A DNA stretch of 40,021 nucleotides from Candidatus Limnocylindria bacterium (GTDB lineage Bacteria; Chloroflexota; Limnocylindria; P2-11E): assembly GCA_036394215.1 (NCBI GenBank), contig DASWFN010000072.1, positions 1 through 40,021 of the forward strand. The letters are read 5' to 3'. The notes below the pieces were generated by a model. That model did not search any database. It had not been told where the DNA came from and worked only from the letters and a program-made list of their open reading frames with translations. Position 1 is the stretch's first letter. Each line of letters begins with the position of its first letter. Position numbers and translations under genes: made by a program. Below are positions 33,482 through 40,021 of this stretch, piece by piece.

Positions 33482-33835
33482 CTAGAGGTCGATCGCCACT
33501 GGCAGCGCGCCGCGCGCCCAGCTCGAGAGCTTCTTTCCCTTGCGCCAGCCCATGTATTTCTCATCCAGCAGCTCGCGGGCGGCCGTGTCCTCTGTCGAGC
33601 CCGCCCGGAGGAATCGCGCCTTGAGGGCGGCGCTCTGCGAGTTGATGCGCATGCGCACGCGCGGATCCTTCCGGACGTTCTTCACCCAGTCCGCCGACTC
33701 ACCACCGCCGCTCAGCAGGTAGAGCGTGCCGTCGCGGATGCCGAACCAGATCTCGATCTCATGGGGCTCGCGGCTCTTGCGACCGGTCGTCGTGAGGTAG
33801 CCGACGTTCTCGTCGGCGAGGCGCTCGAACATCAT
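33482..33835 (-). CDS. Small split-barrel protein resembling deazaflavin (F420)-dependent nitroreductase/DUF385 family
   Basis: 117 aa. YLTTTGRKSREPHEIEIWF...LLSGGGESADWVKNVRKDPRVRMRI matches the TTTGRKSG...P.W..N....P.V pattern of that family. Confidence 0.6.
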   Translation of the reverse strand: MMFERLADENVGYLTTTGRKSREPHEIEIWFGIRDGTLYLLSGGGESADWVKNVRKDPRVRMRINSQSAALKARFLRAGSTEDTAARELLDEKYMGWRKGKKLSSWARGALPVAIDL

Positions 33836-34461
33836 GCCGCGAGCGCCTCGCGCAGCCAGCTCGTGACGATCCCGAGCATCTCGGCGCGCCGCGCCGGATC
33901 GGTGAAGTTGTGATCGGCACCCTCGATCGTCACCAACCGATTCGCCACGCGCGCCTGGGTGAGGACCTGCGCGTACCGGTCGGCGTCGGCCGGTGCGACC
34001 ACGTCGTCGGCGCTTCCGCGGACGATGAGCACTTTCGCGCGCGTCCGGGTGACCTCGGCGAGCGGCTTCGCGGTCCCGAAGTAGTCACGGGCAGCGGGTG
34101 CCGAGACGAGCACCGCGGCGCGGATCCGCGAGTCGCGGCCGGCGGCCAGCGCGGCGACCGCGCCGCCGAAGGACCACCCGAGCAAACCGATCCGCTGCGG
34201 GATCGCTGCGTGCGCGCGCAGGAGCCGGACGGCGCCGCCGGTCTCGGCGAGCCCGGCGAATGCGTCGCTCTCGATCCGGAATGCGAAGCGCAGCGCCGCG
34301 ATGCCCGCGGCGGCGAGGGCGTCGCCCAGATACGCCGTGCGCTCGATCGCGCCACCCCGTCCGGGAAGGATCGCGACCCCGCCGAGCGTTTCGCCCTCGG
34401 GCAGATGCAGGATGCCCTCGACCTCGGTCCCGGCCACCGGGAACGAGACGCGCTGCAGCAT
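33832..34461 (-). CDS. Alpha/beta-fold hydrolase
   Basis: 209 aa with a GWSFGG nucleophile elbow, GSADDVV and a C-terminal GADHNF (His). It overlaps the downstream gene by 4 nt. Confidence 0.7.
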   Translation of the reverse strand: MLQRVSFPVAGTEVEGILHLPEGETLGGVAILPGRGGAIERTAYLGDALAAAGIAALRFAFRIESDAFAGLAETGGAVRLLRAHAAIPQRIGLLGWSFGGAVAALAAGRDSRIRAAVLVSAPAARDYFGTAKPLAEVTRTRAKVLIVRGSADDVVAPADADRYAQVLTQARVANRLVTIEGADHNFTDPARRAEMLGIVTSWLREALAA

Positions 34462-35712
34462 TTAGGCCGGCGGCGCGGGCTTGACGGGTTCCGGCATCGC
34501 GAGCATCTCGAGCACCATCTCGCGACGGTCGATGGGCGTGCGGCTCGAGATGAGCTCGAGCACCTTCTTGCGGCCCTTCATCTTGCCGATGAGCATCGCG
34601 CCGACGAGCTTGTCACCGAGGAAGAACAGCCGCTTGTAGTTGCGGCCCTCGTAGTCGACCTCGACGATCGCCTCCGCCTCGGGCTCCTCCTCCGTGGTGA
34701 CGCCCATGACCGAGATGTTCGAGTCGAACATCCCCGACGCGTACGTCGGCACTTCGATGTATGGCTGCTTCGCGCCGAGCATGTTCTTGGCGACGTGCCG
34801 ACCGTGGTTCAACGCGTTGTCCCAGGTGCCCATCCGGTGATGGCGCTCCGACACGACGTCGTAGAACTCGGCGACATCGCCCGCGGCCCACACGTCCGGC
34901 ATGTTCGTCTCGAGGAACTCGTTCGTGCGGACGCCGACCTTCGTGTCGAGCCCGGTGTCCTTGAACAGGTCGATATTCATGGTCAGTCCGAGGCCGACCC
35001 CCACGATGTCCGCGTTCGCGCTGAACCCGCTCGTCCCGGTGACCTTCGCGGTCCCGTTCGCCTGCTCGACCTTCTCGATCGCCTCCTCGTAGTGGAAGTG
35101 CACGCCCGCGTCTTCGCCGAGGAGCGTCACGATCTTGCCGCCGGCCTCATCGAGCGCCCGGCGGAGGAACCACGGGCCGCGCATGAGCCAGTGCGTCTCG
35201 AGCTTGCGGAACGCGAACGCCTCGGTGAGCTCGTAGCCGATGAACGAGCCGCCGAGGATGACCGCGACCTTCGACTCGGGGATCTTGGCGACCATCGCCT
35301 TCGTCTCGTCGAAGTACTGGAAGTTGAACACTGCTTTCGCGTTCGCGGCGCCGTCGCACGTGAGCGGGTTGGGCCGGCCGCCGGTCGCGATGAGGAGCTT
35401 GTCGTACCGGAGCTCGCCGCCCGGTTCCGTCGTCACGGTCTTGTGCTCGAAGTCGACCTGCATGACCGTCGTCTCGAGGCGCAGGTCGATGCGGTTCTTG
35501 TCGTGCCACTCCTGGTCCCGGACGTACACGCGCTGCTCGAGGAGGACGCCCTTCAGGTAGCGGGGGAGCGACACGCGGTTGTAGAGCGTGTACTTCTCGT
35601 CGTCGATCATCACGATCTCGCAGGCCACGTCGTCCTTGCGGAGCTGCTCGGCCGCGTACGTGCCGGCCGCGCCGTTGCCGATGATCACGAAGCGGGTGGG
35701 GTTCGCGCCCAA
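34462..35712 (-). CDS. FAD/NAD(P)-dependent pyridine nucleotide-disulfide-family oxidoreductase
   Basis: RFVIIGNGAAGTYAAE (FAD GxGxxG motif), VAVILGGSFIGYE (NAD motif) and WAAGDVAE. The start is assigned to the TTG at 35712, 7 nt after GGAGGA. The ORF-track start at 35835 would run through the tRNA gene. Confidence 0.8.
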   Translation of the reverse strand: MGANPTRFVIIGNGAAGTYAAEQLRKDDVACEIVMIDDEKYTLYNRVSLPRYLKGVLLEQRVYVRDQEWHDKNRIDLRLETTVMQVDFEHKTVTTEPGGELRYDKLLIATGGRPNPLTCDGAANAKAVFNFQYFDETKAMVAKIPESKVAVILGGSFIGYELTEAFAFRKLETHWLMRGPWFLRRALDEAGGKIVTLLGEDAGVHFHYEEAIEKVEQANGTAKVTGTSGFSANADIVGVGLGLTMNIDLFKDTGLDTKVGVRTNEFLETNMPDVWAAGDVAEFYDVVSERHHRMGTWDNALNHGRHVAKNMLGAKQPYIEVPTYASGMFDSNISVMGVTTEEEPEAEAIVEVDYEGRNYKRLFFLGDKLVGAMLIGKMKGRKKVLELISSRTPIDRREMVLEMLAMPEPVKPAPPA

Positions 35713-35755
35713 GGCGTCGTCCTCCGATGTGGTGTGCGCAAAGTGTGGCGGAAAG

Positions 35756-35828
35756 TGCCGGCGGCGGGATTCGAACCCGCAAACAATCCGTCTTAAGCGG
35801 ATCGGCTCAGCCGTTGGCCTACACCGGC
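35756..35828 (-). tRNA. tRNA with anticodon UAA (Leu by anticodon), atypical: 73 nt with only a 5-nt variable loop; CCA not encoded
   Basis: Manual cloverleaf fold. Acceptor GCCGGTG/CGCCGGC (6 Watson-Crick pairs plus one G-U), then U8. D arm GGC-CAACGGCTGA-GCC. Anticodon stem ATCCG/CGGAT with loop CTTAAGA. Variable loop TGTTT. T arm GCGGG-TTCGAAT-CCCGC. Discriminator A. Confidence 0.75.
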
Positions 35829-35881
35829 TCCCCAATTATCGGCTGTCGGAATGCTGGGCCCAACGGTCTACGCTCGCGCCG

Positions 35882-37225
35882 ATGAAGGCGCCGCCGGTCC
35901 TCTACGCGAAGAGCGGTGACCTGCAGATCGCCTACACCGTCGCCGGCAGCGGACCGGTCGACTTCGTCTACTGCCCGGGCTTCGTGTCGCACCTGCAGCT
36001 GCAGTGGGACAGCGAGTACTACGGGCGGGTCTATGCCGCGCTCGCATCGTTCTGCCGGCTCATCGTCTTCGACAAGCGTGGGACGGGGATGTCCGACCGG
36101 CCCGCCGGGATCCCCACGCTGGAGGAGCGCATCGACGACATCCGCGCCGTGATGGACGCGGCCCAGAGCGACCGGGCACACATCTTCGGCCTCTCCGAGG
36201 GCGGGACGATGGCCTGCCTCTTCGCCGCGACGTACCCGGAGCGCACGCGCTCGCTCCTCCTGTACGGCACGCGACCGCGCTGGACGAGGACGCCGGACTA
36301 CCCATGGGGGCCCACCCTGGAGGAAGACGAGCGGACGACGCAGCGGCGGATCAACGAGGGCTGGCGGACGGACTTCACGAGCGAAGCGACCCGCCATTGG
36401 ATGGGCGCCGGGCTGCGCGACGATCCGGTGTTCCAGGAGTGGTGGACGCGCTTCCTGCAATCAGCCGCGACCCCCGGCGCACGCGCGCAGCTCAACCGGA
36501 TGAACACGACCATCGACGTCCGAGACATCTTGTCGACGATCCGCGTGCCCACCCTGATCATCGGGAAGACCCACGATCCGGTCATGCCGCCGGACTGCGC
36601 CAAGGACCTCGCCACTCGCATCCCCGGTGCGCGGCTGGTGGAGATCGAGGCCGGGGGGCATCCGACGGTCGGCCAAGGCGCCGAGGAGATCATCGAAACG
36701 ATGAAAGCGTGGGTGACCGAGGCGGCCGCGCCGGTCGGCAGCGACCGTTTCCTCGCGACCGTCCTATTCGTCGACATCGTCCGATCGACCGAGCGGGTCA
36801 CCGCGATCGGCGACGCGGCGTGGCGCGACCTGCTGGAGAAGTACTACGCACGCGTGCGCCGCCAGCTCGCGCTGTTCGGCGGCGTCGAGGTCGACACCGC
36901 CGGCGACGGCCTGCTCGCGCACTTCGACGGCCCGCAGCGCGCGATCCGCTGCGCCGGCGCGATCGAGCGCGCCGCCAAGGAGCTGGACCTCGAGGTCCGC
37001 GCGGGCGTGCACACCGGGGAGGTCGAGCGGTCCGGCACGGCGATCCGCGGGATCGCGGTCCACGTCGCCGCGCGCGTGGCCGGGCTCGGCCAGGCCGGCG
37101 ACGTGATCGTGACGAGCACCGTGCGCGACCTCGTCGCCGGATCGGGCCTGGAATTCGTCGACCGGGGCATGCACGCGCTCAAGGGCGTGACCGGGGAGCG
37201 GCAGGTCCTCGCGGTCGCGGGCTAA
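35882..37225 (+). CDS. Alpha/beta-hydrolase domain fused to a class III adenylate/guanylate cyclase catalytic domain
   Basis: 447 aa. The N-terminal half carries a GLSEGG elbow. The C-terminal half has FLATVLFVDIVRSTE...DTAGDGLLAHFDGP...RAGVHTGEVE...G.AVHVAARV, typical of class III cyclases. The ATG lies 7 nt after a TACGCT -10-like hexamer. Confidence 0.85.
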   Translation: MKAPPVLYAKSGDLQIAYTVAGSGPVDFVYCPGFVSHLQLQWDSEYYGRVYAALASFCRLIVFDKRGTGMSDRPAGIPTLEERIDDIRAVMDAAQSDRAHIFGLSEGGTMACLFAATYPERTRSLLLYGTRPRWTRTPDYPWGPTLEEDERTTQRRINEGWRTDFTSEATRHWMGAGLRDDPVFQEWWTRFLQSAATPGARAQLNRMNTTIDVRDILSTIRVPTLIIGKTHDPVMPPDCAKDLATRIPGARLVEIEAGGHPTVGQGAEEIIETMKAWVTEAAAPVGSDRFLATVLFVDIVRSTERVTAIGDAAWRDLLEKYYARVRRQLALFGGVEVDTAGDGLLAHFDGPQRAIRCAGAIERAAKELDLEVRAGVHTGEVERSGTAIRGIAVHVAARVAGLGQAGDVIVTSTVRDLVAGSGLEFVDRGMHALKGVTGERQVLAVAG

Positions 37226-37593
37226 CGCTTCGGCGGCGCCTCGACGTTCACCGTCACCGTGCCGCTTCCCGCGCGCGAGAACACCGCGAGGTTCGGCTCG
37301 CTCCCCGGATTGGATTCGCGATGCACGGCGCCGGCGGGCACGTGGATGAAGTCGCCCTCCGTCGCCTCGATCGTGCCGTCGGCGAACTCCATCCGCAGCG
37401 AGCCCCGGAGCACGTGGATCGACGTCTCGTGGGTCCCATGGTGATGCCACCCGCTCATGACACCAGGCCCGACGCTCACCGTGCCGGAGGTCAGCCCCGG
37501 GGCCTCGATGGCATGCGCGCGCGTCATGCCCGGCGTCGGGTTCGGGTCTTTGCCGAGGGCGTCCTTTGTGATGAGGCGGCGGTCAGATGTCAC
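37222..37593 (-). CDS. Cupin-domain protein
   Basis: 123 aa. GWHHHGTHETSIHVLRGSLRMEF...GDFIHVPAGAVHRESN contains the two cupin motifs. Confidence 0.75.
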   Translation of the reverse strand: MTSDRRLITKDALGKDPNPTPGMTRAHAIEAPGLTSGTVSVGPGVMSGWHHHGTHETSIHVLRGSLRMEFADGTIEATEGDFIHVPAGAVHRESNPGSEPNLAVFSRAGSGTVTVNVEAPPKR

Positions 37594-37855
37594 GTTCGTC
37601 CCTGCCCTTCACGTCGTCGGTGCCCCAGCGCTCGTGCTGCACGTGGAGCTGGGCGCCGCGCTTCGCGATCCAGTTGTCCACCAGGCGCTCCACCGCGCGA
37701 TCGTGCGGGAGCCGCGCGATCGCGTGATGGTGGTTGGCGCACTCGAGCTTCACCTCGTCCGTTCCGCGGACGTACGCGAACATCGGCATACCGCACTCGT
37801 CGCATTCGAGCGTGCCGTCCGGCTTGAGCTCCCGCAAGATGCGTCCGATGTCCAT
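37583..37855 (-). CDS. Hypothetical small protein (90 aa) with a CxxC...CxxHHH pattern
   Basis: LECDECGMPMF...LECANHHHAI. Third codon positions are G/C-rich, and it overlaps the cupin gene start by 11 nt. I recognised no family. Confidence 0.45.
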   Translation of the reverse strand: MDIGRILRELKPDGTLECDECGMPMFAYVRGTDEVKLECANHHHAIARLPHDRAVERLVDNWIAKRGAQLHVQHERWGTDDVKGRDERDI

Positions 37856-38010
37856 CGTTGTGCTCTCTCAGCGCTCCCGGCTACACTATGCAGGACCGCC
37901 CTGGCCTACGGCCGGGGCGCCTTTTCGCCCCGGACCAGGGCACCCTGTCCCCACTGGCAGGACCCCAGGACGTCCGCGGCAGACCCAGGAAGGGAAGGTG
38001 GGACAGCAGC

Positions 38011-38298
38011 ATGCGTCCATACGAGCTCATGTACCTCGTCCAGCCGACCGCCGACGAAGAGCGCCTGACCGCCGTGAGCGACCGGCTCCAGCAGTCCATC
38101 GGCTCGCTCGGCGGCAAGGTCGAGAAGGTGACTCCGCCGGTCCGCCGGCGCCTCGCCTACGAGATCGGCAAGTACCGTGACGGCCAGTACGGCGTCCTCG
38201 AGTTCTCGCTTCCGCCCGAGCAATCGCGCGAATTCGAGCGCACGATCAAGCTGACCGAGGACATCCTGCGGCACATCGTCATCCGTCGAGACGAATGA
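38011..38298 (+). CDS. rpsF: 30S ribosomal protein S6
   Basis: MRPYELMYLVQP...RRRLAYEI...GQYGVLEF is the S6 pattern. The ATG at 38011 follows a GGAAGGGAAGGTGG purine tract. Confidence 0.9.
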   Translation: MRPYELMYLVQPTADEERLTAVSDRLQQSIGSLGGKVEKVTPPVRRRLAYEIGKYRDGQYGVLEFSLPPEQSREFERTIKLTEDILRHIVIRRDE

Positions 38299-38315
38299 GG
38301 TAGAGGAAGAAACCA

Positions 38316-38741
38316 ATGGCATCGATGGCCAAGATCCAGATCATCGGCAACGTCGGGCGTGACCCCGAGATGCGCATGACCCCGACCGGTCGTCCGGTCT
38401 GCGACTTCTCCGTAGCCGTGAACCGCGTGTCCAACAGCGGCGGCGAGCGGTCGGAGCAGACCGACTGGTACCGCGTGAGCTGTTGGGGCAAGCAGGCCGA
38501 GACCGCGCAGCAGATCATCCAGAAGGGCCAGCAGATCTACGTCGACGGGCGCTTCAGCCCGCGCACGTACACGAACAAGGACAACGTCGAGAAGACGAGC
38601 CTCGACATCAGCTGCAACGACTTCCAGCTCCTCGGCCGCCGAAGCGAGCGCGAGGGCGGGATGGGCGGCGGCGCGATGCCGGGCGCACAACAGCCACAGG
38701 GTGACGCCGGAACGTTCGATCCGGACGAGATCCCGTTCTAA
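38316..38741 (+). CDS. ssb: Single-stranded DNA-binding protein
   Basis: OB-fold N-terminus ([17 protein letters not shown]...[14 protein letters not shown]), a Gly/Gln-rich linker and an acidic tip DPDEIPF. Confidence 0.9.
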   Translation: MASMAKIQIIGNVGRDPEMRMTPTGRPVCDFSVAVNRVSNSGGERSEQTDWYRVSCWGKQAETAQQIIQKGQQIYVDGRFSPRTYTNKDNVEKTSLDISCNDFQLLGRRSEREGGMGGGAMPGAQQPQGDAGTFDPDEIPF

Positions 38742-38754
38742 CGAAGGAGACGAG

Positions 38755-39309
38755 ATGAGTCAGGATCGTTCCGGTCCGCGTCGTGACGGCGGCCGCTCGG
38801 GCGGCGGGTCGCGCGATCGCGGTGGCGATGACCGCGGTGGTGACCGTCCCCGCTACGGCGGAGCGCGCCGCCCGCGCCGCAAGGTCTGCGCGTTCTGCGT
38901 GGACAAGGTCCAGAAGATCGACTTCAAAGAGGTCGGCCGCATCCGTCGCTACATCAGCGACCGCGGCAAGATCGACCCGCGCCGCAAGAGCGGCACGTGC
39001 GCGAAGCATCAGCGGATGCTCACCGCGGCGCTCAAGCGCGCGCGCCACATGGCGCTCCTGCCGTACACCGCGGAGCACGTCCGCGCGCTCATGAGCCCGC
39101 AGGCCCGCGCGATGGCCGGTGGCCCGCCGCCGCCCAAGCCCGACCGCCCGCCGTACCGGCCGGGTGGCTACGGTGGCCCGCCCGGTGGATTCCGTCCGGC
39201 CGGGCAGTTCCAGCAGCCCCAGGGCGGCGCTCCGGCGCCGGCTCCGCAGGCCGCCGCGCCGCAGCCCGCGGCTCCCGCGCCACGCCCGGAGGGCACCCCT
39301 TCGGCATAG
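38755..39309 (+). CDS. rpsR: 30S ribosomal protein S18 with an N-terminal RG-rich extension and a roughly 75-aa C-terminal Pro/Gly/Ala/Gln-rich extension
   Basis: The core [65 protein letters not shown] is canonical S18. The ORF continues in frame to 184 aa. Confidence 0.85.
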   Translation: MSQDRSGPRRDGGRSGGGSRDRGGDDRGGDRPRYGGARRPRRKVCAFCVDKVQKIDFKEVGRIRRYISDRGKIDPRRKSGTCAKHQRMLTAALKRARHMALLPYTAEHVRALMSPQARAMAGGPPPPKPDRPPYRPGGYGGPPGGFRPAGQFQQPQGGAPAPAPQAAAPQPAAPAPRPEGTPSA

Positions 39310-39332
39310 CGTCCGCGCAAGGCGCACCATCG

Positions 39333-39366
39333 GAGGCCGGCAGCGATGCCGGCCTCTTTCATTTCT
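39333..39366 (+). terminator. Rho-independent terminator after rpsR
   Basis: A perfect 9-bp stem GAGGCCGGC/GCCGGCCTC with an AGCGAT loop, followed by TTTCATTTCT. Confidence 0.7.
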
Positions 39367-39379
39367 AGGAGGGATCGAT

Positions 39380-39532
39380 ATGGCGACGGCGAAGGATCCG
39401 GTCTGTGCGATGGATGTCGACACGGCGAACCCGCCGGGCGGCAAGAGCGTGCACAACGGCCAGACCTACTACTTCTGCGGGAACGGGTGCCGCATCGCGT
39501 TCGAGAAGGATCCGGCCAAGTACACGAGCTGA
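39380..39532 (+). CDS. YHS-domain (TRASH-like metal-binding) small protein
   Basis: 50 aa. DPVCAMDVD...YYFCGNGCRIAFEKDPAKY is the YHS pattern. A GGAGGG RBS lies 7 nt upstream. Confidence 0.7.
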   Translation: MATAKDPVCAMDVDTANPPGGKSVHNGQTYYFCGNGCRIAFEKDPAKYTS

Positions 39533-39533
39533 G

Positions 39534-39959
39534 CTAGGGCGATGGGCGGATCAGCGCCATGGGCAGCCCGAACGTGATCGCGAGCGAGACGGAGGCGAGG
39601 ACGATCCCGAGCACGATCCGCGTCCCGCGCGACTTCCCGCGTGCGAGCAGGATCAGGCTGGCGGGCAGGAGTCCAACGCCGAACACCGGTACGAGGGCCG
39701 CAGGCACGATGCTCACCGCGAACGCGACCCAGAGGAGCCGGTCACTCTTCCGCACCGACGCGCCGCGCATCCAGGTCGCGTAGATCGCCGCGGTCACGAG
39801 GACCATCGGCAGGCCGAAGAACAGGCCGAAGATACCGGCGCCGAGGACGAGCCCGACCGAGTAGCTCGCGAGGTGGACCCAGAGGTCACGGCCAGCGTGG
39901 CGATCGGCGAGGTACGTCCAGCCGGCGTAGATCGCGAGCGGGACGCCGACGAAGGGCAC
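39534..39959 (-). CDS. Hypothetical integral membrane protein (about 4 TM); may extend beyond the window
   Basis: Hydrophobic segments throughout. The same frame stays open upstream of the GTG at 39959 to the window edge (40021), so the true start may lie outside the window. Confidence 0.5.
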   Translation of the reverse strand: MPFVGVPLAIYAGWTYLADRHAGRDLWVHLASYSVGLVLGAGIFGLFFGLPMVLVTAAIYATWMRGASVRKSDRLLWVAFAVSIVPAALVPVFGVGLLPASLILLARGKSRGTRIVLGIVLASVSLAITFGLPMALIRPSP

Positions 39960-40021
39960 GGCGAGGGCGCCATTGCCATTGAGGGCCCAGGGGCCGAACG
40001 CGATGCGCGAGTCGCTCAGGA

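Noticed and set aside
35788-35794. The idea that the odd tRNA is an ochre (UAA stop) suppressor.
   Set aside because: Read 5' to 3' on the coding (minus) strand, the loop is C-U-U-A-A-G-A, so positions 34-36 are U-A-A. This pairs with the codon UUA (Leu). A UAA-stop suppressor would need the anticodon UUA.
35713-35835. The ORF-track N-terminal extension of the FAD oxidoreductase (start at 35835).
   Set aside because: It would translate through the tRNA gene (35756..35828). A TTG with a GGAGGA RBS at 35712 gives a normal N-terminus, with the GxGxxG motif near residue 12.
38783-39094. Alternative-frame ORFs inside rpsR and downstream (38783..39094, 38997..39368, 39119..39532), considered as explanations for the long S18.
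   Set aside because: They are shadow frames. The S18 frame is continuous from the canonical core into the tail. The only credible part of 39119..39532 is the terminal YHS ORF starting at 39380, after the terminator.
1-40021. A search for CRISPR arrays, IS elements or transposases, integrases, phage genes, toxin-antitoxin pairs and known defence-system signatures.
   Set aside because: No regularly spaced direct repeats, no transposase-, integrase- or recombinase-like translations and no nuclease, helicase or methylase cassettes were seen in any frame. The only large repeat is the SBP paralog pair.

Overview
Very GC-rich (about 70% by eye, not computed), densely coding bacterial chromosomal segment. 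I can support about 47 CDS, one tRNA and one riboswitch, and I saw no rRNA, CRISPR array or recognisable mobile element. All three solute-binding proteins carry Tat-type signal peptides with lipoboxes, the Tad operon has no secretin, and several genes look leaderless. Together these suggest a monoderm high-GC lineage (Actinomycetota- or Chloroflexota-like); the phylum cannot be resolved from this sequence. Modules in order: (1) 1..22670 is a transport and acyl-CoA metabolism region. It holds two paralogous Opp/Dpp-type permease pairs, three family-5 lipoprotein SBPs, three MFS transporters, two family III CoA-transferases, a crotonase, a split MaoC hydratase pair, crotonyl-CoA carboxylase/reductase (Ccr), a dienelactone hydrolase, a quinone oxidoreductase, an ADP-forming acyl-CoA synthetase and one ArsR-type regulator. 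No ABC ATPase is present. (2) 22675..28580 is an eight-gene, fully abutting Tad/Flp-type pilus operon with no pilin, prepilin peptidase or secretin gene. (3) 28653..30146 holds a LolA-like lipoprotein, a HEAT-repeat ORF without a canonical start codon and a small Cys/His ORF. (4) 30198..33470 is a lysine (L-box) riboswitch with an intrinsic terminator in front of a homocitrate synthase and homoaconitase operon (alpha-aminoadipate lysine route). (5) 33482..35828 holds three redox or hydrolase genes preceded by an unusual 73-nt tRNA that has a UAA anticodon but a short variable loop. (6) 35882..40021 holds a hydrolase-cyclase fusion, a cupin, rpsF-ssb-rpsR (S18 with long low-complexity extensions), a YHS protein and a membrane protein. 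The most notable non-coding signal is a recurring 8-6-8 palindromic box (consensus TAGTTCGA-N6-TCGAACTA) at six promoters, including the arsR-ccr intergenic region. I found no clear-cut novel defence or mobile system. All functional calls come from reading the translations and have not been checked against databases.
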